Notes: generated by a model from the sequence alone, not told the origin. Positions 27,705-36,173 are shown, counted from the stretch's first letter. The stretch: DNA of 44,460 nt from a virus (IMGVR_UViG_3300019781_000050:1-44460); one strand, 5' to 3'. Program-made: numbers and translations.

Positions 27705-28189
27705 GGCCGCCCATTCAGCAGTTCCCGAGCCCGAACTACCGCAAGTCCACGAATAAGCGGAAGGTGACTTGCGTCGTGATTCACTCGACCGCCACGGCAA
27801 AACTGGCATCCCCGCTCGAATGGCTCACCATCCCCGAGTCGAAGGTGTCGGCCCACTACCTGATAGACCTTGACGGAACGATTTTGCAACTCGTCGATGA
27901 GAACAATATCGCCTGGGCCTGCGGCGAGTCGGAGTGGCGCGGACAGAAGGGCGTCAACGCCTTTTCAATCTCAATCGAGTTGGTAAATGCAAACGATGGA
28001 ATCATGCCGTACCCCGAGGAGCAAATAGAGGCCTGCCGCCACCTCGTCACCGCGATTTGCAAGGAGCGCAACATCAAGTCTGAGAACGTGGTCGGTCATG
28101 CCGACATCGCGCCGGGGAGAAAGTCCGACCCGCTTGGATGGCCCTGGGACGACTTCCGCGGGAGGCTCTATCTGGACGGCGTTTCCTGA
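27701..28189 (+). CDS. Endolysin, N-acetylmuramoyl-L-alanine amidase (Amidase_2/AmpD-like)
   Basis: VIHST, VSAHYLI, AWACG, N..SISIEL, VGHADIAPGRKSDP. Confidence 0.92.
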   Translation: MRPPIQQFPSPNYRKSTNKRKVTCVVIHSTATAKLASPLEWLTIPESKVSAHYLIDLDGTILQLVDENNIAWACGESEWRGQKGVNAFSISIELVNANDGIMPYPEEQIEACRHLVTAICKERNIKSENVVGHADIAPGRKSDPLGWPWDDFRGRLYLDGVS

Positions 28190-28368
28190 TGCCTTGGGAT
28201 TGGATGCGGCGAAGGGTCCCAAAGTCGTGGGGAATCTCGTTTAGTGTGCCGTTTTCTTTTCCGGACGGAAGCCGGGACATTTGCCGGGCCTGTGGAAATG
28301 AGCGGAGGCATCACCGCCGAAGCACGGACCATCAGTTTTCGGAGAAATCAGAGAAAAAGGAGAAATAA
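28189..28368 (+). CDS. Small cationic protein with CxxC...H...H
   Basis: TGATG coupling, GGAGG upstream. Confidence 0.5.
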   Translation: MPWDWMRRRVPKSWGISFSVPFSFPDGSRDICRACGNERRHHRRSTDHQFSEKSEKKEK

Positions 28369-28369
28369 C

Positions 28370-28774
28370 ATGGGAGTGATACTCGTAATCGTCGGAAAGC
28401 TGTTCGCCTCGAAGCTCGGAATCGCCGGAGTCTCCGCCATCGGAGCCCTGGCCATCGCAAAAGTCGCCCCGCTTGTCCGTCCCCTGTTCGGGAAGGTCAT
28501 CAAGGCCCAGGTGGATAAGGTCCTGGCCCCGAACCTGGCCGACCCGATAGAGAAAGTCAAGCTGCTAGACCTGGCCATCGCGGCGATGGCCTATGCCGAG
28601 TACAAGATCCCCGACCGCGGGGCCGGAGCGGCCCGCAAGGCCCTCGTCGTGGACAAGCTCAATGACTACCTCCCCGAGCTCGCCGCGCAGGCGATCGCGG
28701 ATTTGGTCGAGGAAGCCTTCGAAAGCCTCGACGACGAACTCAAGGAGCGCACCGGAATAAATAAGCCGAAGTGA
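28370..28774 (+). CDS. LL-H-like holin (probable)
   Basis: AAGGAG RBS; N-terminal hydrophobic region; A..YAE...G.G..RK..V..L pattern. Confidence 0.55.
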   Translation: MGVILVIVGKLFASKLGIAGVSAIGALAIAKVAPLVRPLFGKVIKAQVDKVLAPNLADPIEKVKLLDLAIAAMAYAEYKIPDRGAGAARKALVVDKLNDYLPELAAQAIADLVEEAFESLDDELKERTGINKPK

Positions 28775-29004
28775 ACGCGACACAAATCCAACTGTACGGG
28801 TCCCTGGGGCTCCTTATGATAGTAGCCCCCGAGCGATTCGGACGACAGCCGCTCTCGCCGCATGAGATGGCGATGGCGGCCGAGAGGTCGTCCCGTGAGC
28901 TTAGAAAGATGTTCCACGACAAGCCTTTGACGCCACAGCAGGCCCGCAAGGGGAGGGGGATTTCCCCGACAGCCGGCTACGCATCGAGGTCTTACCGCCC
29001 ATAG
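28771..29004 (+). CDS. Hypothetical protein
   Basis: GTGA overlap with the upstream stop. Confidence 0.4.
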   Translation: MNATQIQLYGSLGLLMIVAPERFGRQPLSPHEMAMAAERSSRELRKMFHDKPLTPQQARKGRGISPTAGYASRSYRP

Positions 29005-29094
29005 GCGCCGCCCCGCGAGCGTGTGCCGCCGCCCCCCGGCCACTCCTCCGGGGAGGCGGTTCGTGGACGTTAGGAGAGCAGTAGAAGGGCGACG

Positions 29095-29853
29095 TTGGGG
29101 GCTGAAATCGCAAATAAAACGAAGGCCGTTAGGCCGGAAACTGCGACGAAGAAACTCGTCATCATTGGATGCGTTCACTCGGGCGCTAAGGCGGCAGACA
29201 TTGCCGACTTCAAGAAATATGCCGACCTGGCCGAGGAGAAGAATACCTATCTTCTAATCCTGGGCGACCTATTCGAGAACGCCATCCCGAGCAGGGGCGA
29301 AGGGATGACCTTTGAGCAGACCCTGACGCCCGACGACCAACTCGACGAGATAGACCGCATCCTCCGTCCCGTCAAGCACAAGATTATCGGGGCCTGCACC
29401 TCCAACCACTCCGAGCGCACCTACAAAGAGTGCGGAATCGACCTCGACAAGCAACTCTACAAGCGCCTTGGATTGCGTGAGGGTATCTACAAAGGATTGC
29501 AGGGAGTCGTCGCTTTCGCGGGAAAGCGCATCGCCTTCGCCCATGGTACGGGATCGGGAGTAAACGCCTGGGCCGACGCCAAGAAACTATTTAGCATCTA
29601 CCCTACCGTGGACATGATAGCGGTCAGCCATAGGCACGAAATGACGGCGGCGTGGCAGGGGAACTACGCCCTTGATGTAAAGTGCCGCCGCATTGAGAAG
29701 TCCATCCTGTTTGTTAGGACGGGCGGGCTGATGGGATGGGCGAGATACGCACAGCGGGAACTTTATACCCCGCAGAAGCCGGGATTCTCCGTTGTGTCCT
29801 TCTTCGCGGACGGACACATGGAGCCGGATATTTCCGGCTCGACGCTCCTGTGA
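29095..29853 (+). CDS. Calcineurin-like metallophosphoesterase
   Basis: GCVH.G (for DxH), LGDLFE, SNHSER, FAHG, SHRH motifs. Confidence 0.82.
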   Translation: MGAEIANKTKAVRPETATKKLVIIGCVHSGAKAADIADFKKYADLAEEKNTYLLILGDLFENAIPSRGEGMTFEQTLTPDDQLDEIDRILRPVKHKIIGACTSNHSERTYKECGIDLDKQLYKRLGLREGIYKGLQGVVAFAGKRIAFAHGTGSGVNAWADAKKLFSIYPTVDMIAVSHRHEMTAAWQGNYALDVKCRRIEKSILFVRTGGLMGWARYAQRELYTPQKPGFSVVSFFADGHMEPDISGSTLL

Positions 29854-30047
29854 GTTGTTGGTGGTCGGCCTACCGGGATTGGTACTTCACCCTCTCAACC
29901 CTCGGGACCTCCGCGCCGTGGGACGAGCCAAAGGGGAAGCGCAGGGTCTACACCGACGGCGCGTTCTCGTTTCATGAATCGGAAATCGCGGGCCACTTCG
30001 ACGAGATCGAGGAGGCGCTTTGGGCCACTCGGAAAGGATACGCTTAG
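29850..30047 (+). CDS. Hypothetical protein
   Basis: GTGA overlap; last rightward gene before the AT-rich attP region. Confidence 0.45.
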   Translation: MSCWWSAYRDWYFTLSTLGTSAPWDEPKGKRRVYTDGAFSFHESEIAGHFDEIEEALWATRKGYA

Positions 30048-30360
30048 ACGCATAAAATGTAGCAATAAAAATATCGCTATACGAATAATCTCCTCACATT
30101 GTGATGAGAATTTTGGCGGTATTCTTATCATGGTCTAGCACTCTCAACACCCCCTATCGGGTATAACATTGTCCCGAGCTGGGATAAGACAATGTTTTGG
30201 GGTCTGGAAACGGCCGATTATACCCGTTCGGGGATATCGCCGCAGCGCGGCACCCACCGCAAGAACACCTATAGAAAAATACATCTAGTAGGTATATCGG
30301 ACCGCCCCTATTATGCGCTATTGCGTATTGCAATCTGACATAGGGGCCAGACCGGAACCG

Positions 30361-30400
30361 CAACCCACAAACCCGCCCAAACCCGCACAGACTCGCCTAG
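30361..30400. repeat. Imperfect 10-bp tandem repeats in the attP arm
   Basis: caacccacaa acccgcccaa acccgcacag actcgcctag. Confidence 0.55.
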
Positions 30401-30439
30401 TCTTTCCGACGGTGGCCGGATTCTCCGAGGGGGAATCCG

Positions 30440-30480
30440 CGATTTTGAGTCGATTGCGTCTGCCATTCCGCCACGCCGCC
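30440..30480 (-). other. attP core: 5' half of tRNA-Leu(CAA)
   Basis: Minus strand GGCGGCG-TG-GCGGAATGGCAGACGC-A-ATCGA-CTCAAAA-TCG = acceptor 5' strand, Leu-type D arm, anticodon arm; no T arm follows; abuts the integrase stop. Confidence 0.85.
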
Positions 30481-31589
30481 TACGACTTATTTTCTTTACT
30501 CTTTTTGCCTGGACCCCGCCATTTCCATTTTGTATTTAGGGGCCCGGTGGGGACTTCATACGTCATTTGAAGCGTCACGTCGCGTCTCTTTTCCGTCCGG
30601 TGCTGATAGATCATCGCTGCCTGAACCGTCGCCCAGCCGCCCGCTTCCATCAGCGCCTTGAAGTCCGGCGCGTTCTCGCCCAGGGCCGTGGCCCAGGTAT
30701 GCCGCAAGTCATGCCACCGCACCCGCCCAAGCCCAAGCCTTCGAGCCGCGGCCCTCATCGTCTGCTGTAGGCGGCTTGGCTTCACATCGAACACGCGCCC
30801 GGAGCCGACAGGTCCAAGCACCTGAACCGCCCGAGGATGGATGGCCTGCGTCTTGGTTTCCGCCATCGCCCTGCGGGTCTTGCTCTTGAGGACCGTAAGA
30901 TACCAAACTCCGGAGGGGCTTTGCTCGATGCCGGACCAGTCCAAGTTCAGGACCTCGCCGCTACGAAGTCCGCTGTAGAGGCAGAACATCGCGGCGCGGC
31001 GGCACACCTCGGGCATCTCCGCAAACAACCGGACGAGCTCATCCGGGCGCAGCAGGCGGGCCACCTTCTCGGCCGGCGGCATCTCAAAAAACAGGAACGG
31101 GTCGTAGTCGATGAGCCCATGCTTGAGGCCCCACCGGAAAGCCGCCTTAAGGTGACGGAGGTTGATCCTGGCCCCGTTCGGTGAATGGTGCCTTTCATTG
31201 ATAATGAACGCGCAGAAATCGTCCACCGTATGCCCGCCCGTCGCCGCCTTCATCTTCCGGGTGACGGGGAACGCCTCACCCGCGAACTCGACCCAGAGTT
31301 TCAGGGCGTGGCCGCCGAGGTAGTGGGTGCGCTTCGATCGCTTGAGCCCAAGGAACTCAACGTAGTCCCTTCGGAAGGCGGGGAAGTTCGGCGCCATCAC
31401 CTTCGGGATGGGGGCTAGGCCCGCATCTGACAGGCGGTTGTTCCTTATTCGCTCATCCCGGAGGGTCACGGCATCGCTCTTATAAGTGAAGGTGTACTGG
31501 CCCGTCCCGTAAGATCCACTCCACCGACAGCGCCAATTGCTCCCGCTCGGCTCCACCCAGACCTTCCAGCCGCGAGGTTTACGGGGCAA
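30480..31589 (-). CDS. int: Tyrosine recombinase (integrase)
   Basis: SGLRSGE, KSKT, WHDLRHTWAT, GGW, MIYQH: R-K-H-R-W-Y catalytic set; TTG start after GGAGG. Confidence 0.95.
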   Translation of the reverse strand: MPRKPRGWKVWVEPSGSNWRCRWSGSYGTGQYTFTYKSDAVTLRDERIRNNRLSDAGLAPIPKVMAPNFPAFRRDYVEFLGLKRSKRTHYLGGHALKLWVEFAGEAFPVTRKMKAATGGHTVDDFCAFIINERHHSPNGARINLRHLKAAFRWGLKHGLIDYDPFLFFEMPPAEKVARLLRPDELVRLFAEMPEVCRRAAMFCLYSGLRSGEVLNLDWSGIEQSPSGVWYLTVLKSKTRRAMAETKTQAIHPRAVQVLGPVGSGRVFDVKPSRLQQTMRAAARRLGLGRVRWHDLRHTWATALGENAPDFKALMEAGGWATVQAAMIYQHRTEKRRDVTLQMTYEVPTGPLNTKWKWRGPGKKSKENKS

Positions 31590-31815
31590 TGGCCCTCCAC
31601 AAGAAATGCGCCGTCAGCGTTATCCCGGCCATCCAGAGAACGATGCGCGTCCATGCGTCCCAGGCGCGGAGGCATCTATCAATCAAGCCGGGGTCTTGAA
31701 CGGAAACAGCCACCCCGCCGACAATCTCTTTCTTGACTGGCTGTTTTCTGATAACGGCCAATATCCCGATCAGCAGGAACATGACGCTGTTCAGCCAATC
31801 GGGGGGGTGGGTCAT
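31579..31815 (-). CDS. Small two-TM membrane protein
   Basis: Two hydrophobic segments; coupled to neighbours. Confidence 0.55.
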   Translation of the reverse strand: MTHPPDWLNSVMFLLIGILAVIRKQPVKKEIVGGVAVSVQDPGLIDRCLRAWDAWTRIVLWMAGITLTAHFLWRAIAP

Positions 31816-32006
31816 TTTGTTCTCTCGCCGGATTTCGCGGAGACGGATGCTTCAAGGCTTTTAACTGAGTCGTTCAAAATAGCTGTTTGTTGTATAAGGG
31901 TGTCGAGTCTGGCGACGATCACGCCGAGCCTTGAAACCGCCAGGTCAAGATGTTCTCGGTCCGCCTTTGATAGCCCATCCATATCACGGGACCTGACGCG
32001 GAACAC
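31812..32006 (-). CDS. Small coiled-coil protein
   Basis: Heptad pattern; start uncertain. Confidence 0.45.
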   Translation of the reverse strand: MFRVRSRDMDGLSKADREHLDLAVSRLGVIVARLDTLIQQTAILNDSVKSLEASVSAKSGERTK

Positions 32007-32226
32007 ACTCGAAATTCGTCACACACCGCCATGGACAGGCCGTCGAGGTTTGTTTGGCGTCCATGTTCTTCGCCGCGCATCGCTTGATGGCGTCCTGGTA
32101 GGGGGCCTTGAACGAGAATCTGCCCGCCCCATGCTCGTAGGCAAGATGGTTGCCGTTCTCAGATAGGGGATAAGTGGCGCACCCGCCGACGCAAAGAATC
32201 AACCCGAGCAATCCTATAAACCTCAT
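31984..32226 (-). CDS. Lipoprotein
   Basis: MRFIGLLGLILCVGG/C lipobox; A...C...F.C pattern. Confidence 0.7.
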   Translation of the reverse strand: MRFIGLLGLILCVGGCATYPLSENGNHLAYEHGAGRFSFKAPYQDAIKRCAAKNMDAKQTSTACPWRCVTNFECVPRQVP

Positions 32227-32247
32227 GCCTACCCCATTGCCCCTCAT

Positions 32248-32775
32248 TTAGAATTTCCGGCTCACCATGAGTCCGGGGTTTACTACGGTTAAATCCTTCC
32301 CGCCGTCTCCGTTGCGAACAAGCAGGAAATGCCGCAGCGTTGCCTCTGGTCCCATCCGGAAACCGTTCCGAAAATTTATGGCATAACCGAGCGTTGCCAT
32401 GACGCCGCCGGTGAAACTTTTCCCATACGGAAAATAGGCCGGGCCGAACCCGAGAATGGCATAGAGGCCGGTTCTGTCGGCAGAAGAAAACTTCCAAATG
32501 ATCGGGAAATGGTGAGCCTCTCCTCCCTCGCGTGACAGCGAATATGGGGCCCTATGAACGTGGTTCCCAAAAACGAACGTGGCATATTCAAAGCCTGTCG
32601 AAATATTAGTACCCGCCGATGGAAAGAATTTGACAGTAGTTGACATTCCCTCTGTTGATATTTTCCCGGGGGCGACAACCCCGTTGTCTGGATTTGGGTT
32701 AGCGAATCCCCCACTGAACGCCCACTCCGAAGCTCCGGCCGGAACAGCCATCAGCAAGAAAAGAAATATCCTCAT
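32248..32775 (-). CDS. Small outer-membrane beta-barrel protein
   Basis: Signal peptide MRIFLFLLMAVPAGA/, alternating amphipathic strands, C-terminal Phe (LMVSRKF). Confidence 0.7.
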   Translation of the reverse strand: MRIFLFLLMAVPAGASEWAFSGGFANPNPDNGVVAPGKISTEGMSTTVKFFPSAGTNISTGFEYATFVFGNHVHRAPYSLSREGGEAHHFPIIWKFSSADRTGLYAILGFGPAYFPYGKSFTGGVMATLGYAINFRNGFRMGPEATLRHFLLVRNGDGGKDLTVVNPGLMVSRKF

Positions 32776-32909
32776 TTTGATGATCCTTTGACATTCAACA
32801 GTCATAATATAGCATGTGGGTTATTCATGGTTTATGGGCCGCCGCCGTTCTAGTTATTGCCGGTCTGTTCATCTACAACCTTCTTTCACCCAAGGGCCAT
32901 TAAAAACAA

Positions 32910-33137
32910 TTGCCCTGTCAAACGATATGGAACTGCGACTTTGCGGCCCACCACAAAACCGAAGGCGGCGACACAATATCCGTCGGCGTCAGGCTTCACG
33001 GCCCGGACCGCTTCTACACCCTGTGCCTCGAAGACCCGATACTTGGATGCAACCACTTCACGGCTAAGAACGACGGCGCGATGATCGTGATGGAGAAACT
33101 GGCGCGGGCAATGCGGTTCCGGAGTCCCACTCCTTAA
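32910..33137 (+). CDS. Hypothetical protein
   Basis: ORF downstream of TTGACA-N16-TAGCAT (from 32788). Confidence 0.35.
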   Translation: MPCQTIWNCDFAAHHKTEGGDTISVGVRLHGPDRFYTLCLEDPILGCNHFTAKNDGAMIVMEKLARAMRFRSPTP

Positions 33138-33312
33138 CACCGGCATCGCCGGGGGCTGATTTTTGAGCAGCGGCCCACTCCGTTAACACAAGTTCAGCCA
33201 TTGCCTTTTTCCCGTAGCGTTTTCGCGGGAACCTTCCCTGGTGCTTCGCCTCGACGGCGGCGCGCTCCAAAGCCACGCAAACAGGCGTCGGAATTTCGAT
33301 TAAAAATTTCAT
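33064..33312 (-). CDS. Ribbon-helix-helix-like regulator, candidate repressor
   Basis: MKFLIEIP strand + two helices (ALERAA, MAELVLTEW); divergent from the early operon. Confidence 0.5.
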   Translation of the reverse strand: MKFLIEIPTPVCVALERAAVEAKHQGRFPRKRYGKKAMAELVLTEWAAAQKSAPGDAGVKEWDSGTALPAPVSPSRSSRRRS

Positions 33313-33323
33313 GAAGAAAGTAC

Positions 33324-33351
33324 TTGACTAAACATATATATGATGTATACT
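33324..33351 (+). promoter_or_regulatory. Early rightward sigma70 promoter with palindrome in spacer
   Basis: TTGACT-N16-TATACT; CATATATATG at 33333-33342. Confidence 0.65.
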
Positions 33352-33523
33352 TGCTATACGATGCTCCGCCAAAGCTACGCGACGACCCAAAACAATTTTG
33401 GGGATGGAAGGTCTAGCAAGTACCGCGCCCATGGCGCGGCCCACCTGCGAATGCTCTTGGCGGAGTCGATCTTCCATCCCTTTGATTCTACACAAAATCG
33501 TCATACCAAAGGATTGCCCGCCC

Positions 33524-33859
33524 ATGGCCACTAACGCAAGACCAGAAAACCGGGGGGCTCGTTTTGAGGCGATGCTTTCGCGCCCCGGTGTACGAGAATT
33601 CCGCGCCCTCCTCAAGAAGCTTGCTCTTAAGCGATACAAGACTTATCGGGGCTTGGCCGAGAAATTGTGTGTTCACCCGGACCCCGAAATGCTTGAGGAC
33701 TTGATCGAGCGACGTACCCGCCAAGTTGAACACCTTCTCAACGACCCTGATGATGGGGACCCACGCGGGAGCCTTCTTCTTGCGGTATCCGAGGCCGTCC
33801 TTCCCGAAGATACCCACCTGACCGCCGAGGAATGCGGATGGGACCCGAGCAGGCCATGA
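33524..33859 (+). CDS. HTH-like regulator (CII-like position)
   Basis: TYRGLAEKL...RQVEHLLN. Confidence 0.5.
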   Translation: MATNARPENRGARFEAMLSRPGVREFRALLKKLALKRYKTYRGLAEKLCVHPDPEMLEDLIERRTRQVEHLLNDPDDGDPRGSLLLAVSEAVLPEDTHLTAEECGWDPSRP

Positions 33860-34086
33860 CCTACACCATCTCCGCCGCCGCCAAGGAGCTCGGATTTGAC
33901 CGCCGCGCCGTGGCGGCCATGTGCAAGTCGGGAGAGCTCCCCTATATCCCCTGCCGCGATGCCCAAGGCCGGCCGAGCAAGGTCCACAAGCGGATAGATG
34001 CCGCCGAGTTGGAGAAGTGGAAGGCTCGGAACACCATCCGCAACCCCGAGCAATTCAAGGCGGCGACTGACCGGAGGCGCAAATGA
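33856..34086 (+). CDS. Excisionase-like HTH_17 protein
   Basis: YTISAAAKELG.DRRAV...CKSGELP...RID..ELEKW. Confidence 0.75.
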   Translation: MTYTISAAAKELGFDRRAVAAMCKSGELPYIPCRDAQGRPSKVHKRIDAAELEKWKARNTIRNPEQFKAATDRRRK

Positions 34087-34223
34087 AACTCAAGCTGACG
34101 ATTCTTCTGAAGCGCGGAATGTCTGTGAGCGGTTGCTACGCCTGGCCCGAGGCCCTGCGCGTTCTCAAGTTCGCCTCGACCCAGGACAACTTCGAAGGCT
34201 TCTACTGGACGGAGGCGATCTAA
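34083..34223 (+). CDS. 46-aa hypothetical protein
   Basis: GGAGG RBS; coupled at both ends. Confidence 0.5.
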   Translation: MKLKLTILLKRGMSVSGCYAWPEALRVLKFASTQDNFEGFYWTEAI

Positions 34224-34453
34224 TGGAATTTATGGCCGCTTTCGGATTCGGCTGTTTTCTCGGGTTCCTGGGCGTGTTGCTGTGGGTCCTCTCGGGCTTC
34301 ATCCCCGCAAAGCGCAAGCCCGCCCAGCAGCGCATCAAGGGTTCTACGGAGATCGTCTACTGCGTGGCCCGCTTCGCTTGCGGCTGTTTTTTAACGAACG
34401 GGGTACTGACGACCTGTAAGGCTCACAGCCTTTTAGAAGAGGTTGGGCGATGA
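34223..34453 (+). CDS. Small membrane protein with Cys/His motif
   Basis: GGAGG RBS; N-terminal TM; CGC...C..H. Confidence 0.5.
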   Translation: MEFMAAFGFGCFLGFLGVLLWVLSGFIPAKRKPAQQRIKGSTEIVYCVARFACGCFLTNGVLTTCKAHSLLEEVGR

Positions 34454-34614
34454 ACCTCCCCGACTCCGAAGTAATCGCCCGCATCGAAGGGCGTATCGAG
34501 CCGATCATCCTCGATTGCACTTGCCCCCGCGGCGTCTTGGAGTGCTGCGGCCAGTGCCCGGGCACGACTTCGGAGCCTTGCTGCCTCCCCGAAGATGCGG
34601 AGGATTCCAAGTGA
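34450..34614 (+). CDS. 54-aa Cys-rich protein
   Basis: ...DCTCPRGVLECCGQCPGTTSEPCCLP... Confidence 0.5.
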   Translation: MNLPDSEVIARIEGRIEPIILDCTCPRGVLECCGQCPGTTSEPCCLPEDAEDSK

Positions 34615-34811
34615 TTCAGCCCGGCCAATTCTACCGCGACCTAGATTCCCGTTGCGACGGGCGCACCCTTGAGATCGTCTATGTCGTTCGGGCGCCCCAG
34701 GAAACGCGCGTGGTCTGCCCCCTTGGTGAAGTGCGCCGACATGAGCTGTGCCATGTTGACGCGCATGAGATGGGAATTAAAGACGAATGCCACGACGGGA
34801 GGAAATTCTAA
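34611..34811 (+). CDS. Hypothetical protein
   Basis: GGAGG RBS, GTG start. Confidence 0.5.
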   Translation: MIQPGQFYRDLDSRCDGRTLEIVYVVRAPQETRVVCPLGEVRRHELCHVDAHEMGIKDECHDGRKF

Positions 34812-34975
34812 TGCACCCCGACAAGATGGAGGGCCCCGAATTCGATGCGCCCGTTTGCTTCCACGATTGCCAGAGGAACACCGATCCACTCGCGGAGTGT
34901 GAGTGCGAGGAGATCGAACGGGAAATCCGCGCCGACTTTGCCGCCGTACGATACGAACTGGAGAGGGGGAACTAA
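34811..34975 (+). CDS. Small acidic Cys-containing protein
   Basis: GGAGG RBS, TAATG coupling. Confidence 0.5.
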   Translation: MHPDKMEGPEFDAPVCFHDCQRNTDPLAECECEEIEREIRADFAAVRYELERGN

Positions 34976-35178
34976 TGAAGGCCCTGACAATCGCCGCTCT
35001 CGTCGTTATCCTCGCATCCGTTTCTGCCGCTCTTGCCGCAAGCAAGGTGGAATCTCGACTTGATACGGGCCGATACTCCATTTCTTGCGCCGGGAACGGC
35101 GATGGATTCTCGGCGAGGTTCCGATGTTGGATGATTGACACGACCAATGGGACTGTAAAAAAGGTGGTGTCAGAGTGA
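34975..35178 (+). CDS. Small secreted protein
   Basis: MKALTIAALVVILASVSAALA/ signal peptide; GRY...IDT.NG.V; 2 Cys. Confidence 0.6.
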   Translation: MKALTIAALVVILASVSAALAASKVESRLDTGRYSISCAGNGDGFSARFRCWMIDTTNGTVKKVVSE

Positions 35179-35399
35179 CCGCCCGCCAACTTCTCGCAAA
35201 GCGTCTGCACGAAGCGGCCCGCCCGTTGGCCATTCACGAACTGTCCATCCCCACGGTCAGCCAGACCGCCGCCTCTGCCCGCCTTCGGGAGATGAAGCGC
35301 GACGGGATCGTGATTAGCGTCCCGGTTCCCGGCAAGAAGTACACGGCCTGGGCTTTGACGCCCGCCGATTTAGTGCTGCCGCTCTTGGTGGTGGCGTGA
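35175..35399 (+). CDS. Winged-HTH protein
   Basis: PLAIHEL...SQTAASARLREM...G.V. Confidence 0.6.
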   Translation: MTARQLLAKRLHEAARPLAIHELSIPTVSQTAASARLREMKRDGIVISVPVPGKKYTAWALTPADLVLPLLVVA

Positions 35400-35575
35400 A
35401 ATACGAAATCAAATGCTGTGAACAGTTGTCTGAGGCAGAGGAAATGGAAGGAATATTCCGACGAGACTCCAAGTGCGGCGCTGATTGGATTATTGCCTGG
35501 GATGCGGCCTACACCGGATATCACTCCATTGCTGTTAAGTTCTGCCCCTACTGCGGGGAGTGGTTGCCGCAATGA
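35396..35575 (+). CDS. 59-aa zinc-ribbon protein
   Basis: KCC...KFCPYCG. Confidence 0.6.
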   Translation: MKYEIKCCEQLSEAEEMEGIFRRDSKCGADWIIAWDAAYTGYHSIAVKFCPYCGEWLPQ

Positions 35576-35615
35576 ACACTCTAGGTCACGGCCAAAAGCC
35601 GCAGACCGATGACAC

Positions 35616-36155
35616 GCTCCCGGCCTGGATGGGTTTACCCGTCATCGAGCAGGCGCGGGGGCACAATTTGAGCATGGGCGTCCTGTTTGCGACAGGGGCG
35701 CGTTACCTGGTAGGGGTTGGGGAAGCCGTTCGATTCGGCGTCCCGGCGCGTTCGAAAGCGTCCATGCTCTTAAATCTGCCCGAGAAGTCGGGCTACGGAA
35801 GCCGTGCGGATGCCGTCGGTCGCCAGTCGGGTTCATTCACCGTGAACTATTCCAAGCGGAACGGCGACGACACCAAATGGGGCTCTTGGAACCGCACGGC
35901 CTGTTTTCGCTCGTCCATGGGTAGGACAACCGCCCAAGCTGTTCGCGTGACGCTGACAGGCAAGCGGGAGAATCCCGGTTCAACTCCGGGAGCGTATTTC
36001 AATCTAGTCGCTCAAGAAAAGAGCGCGGCCACTGGGGCCGAGAGTCGGGGCAGCCGACGCCAGACAATCCACGGAAAGTCCGTGAAGGGGAGCGTGACAC
36101 GCTACGAGCGGCTCGGCGCGTCCCCGAAAGCCTTGCGGTCTGAGGACCGCGGGGC
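35616..36155 (+). ncRNA. Cluster of structured, partly tRNA-like RNA elements
   Basis: Consecutive stems incl. GAGCATG/CATGCTC, GCCGTGCGG/CCGCACGGC, D-arm-like GTCC-atgggta-GGAC and GCTC-aagaaaa-GAGC, T-arm-like CCCGG-TTCAACT-CCGGG and GCCG-TTCGATT-CGGC. Confidence 0.55.
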
Positions 36156-36173
36156 CGATTTCTTGGAGGCGAT

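Noticed and set aside
30400-30480. Complete phage tRNA-Leu gene
   Set aside because: Similarity stops after the anticodon loop; no TTCRA T-loop or CCA end
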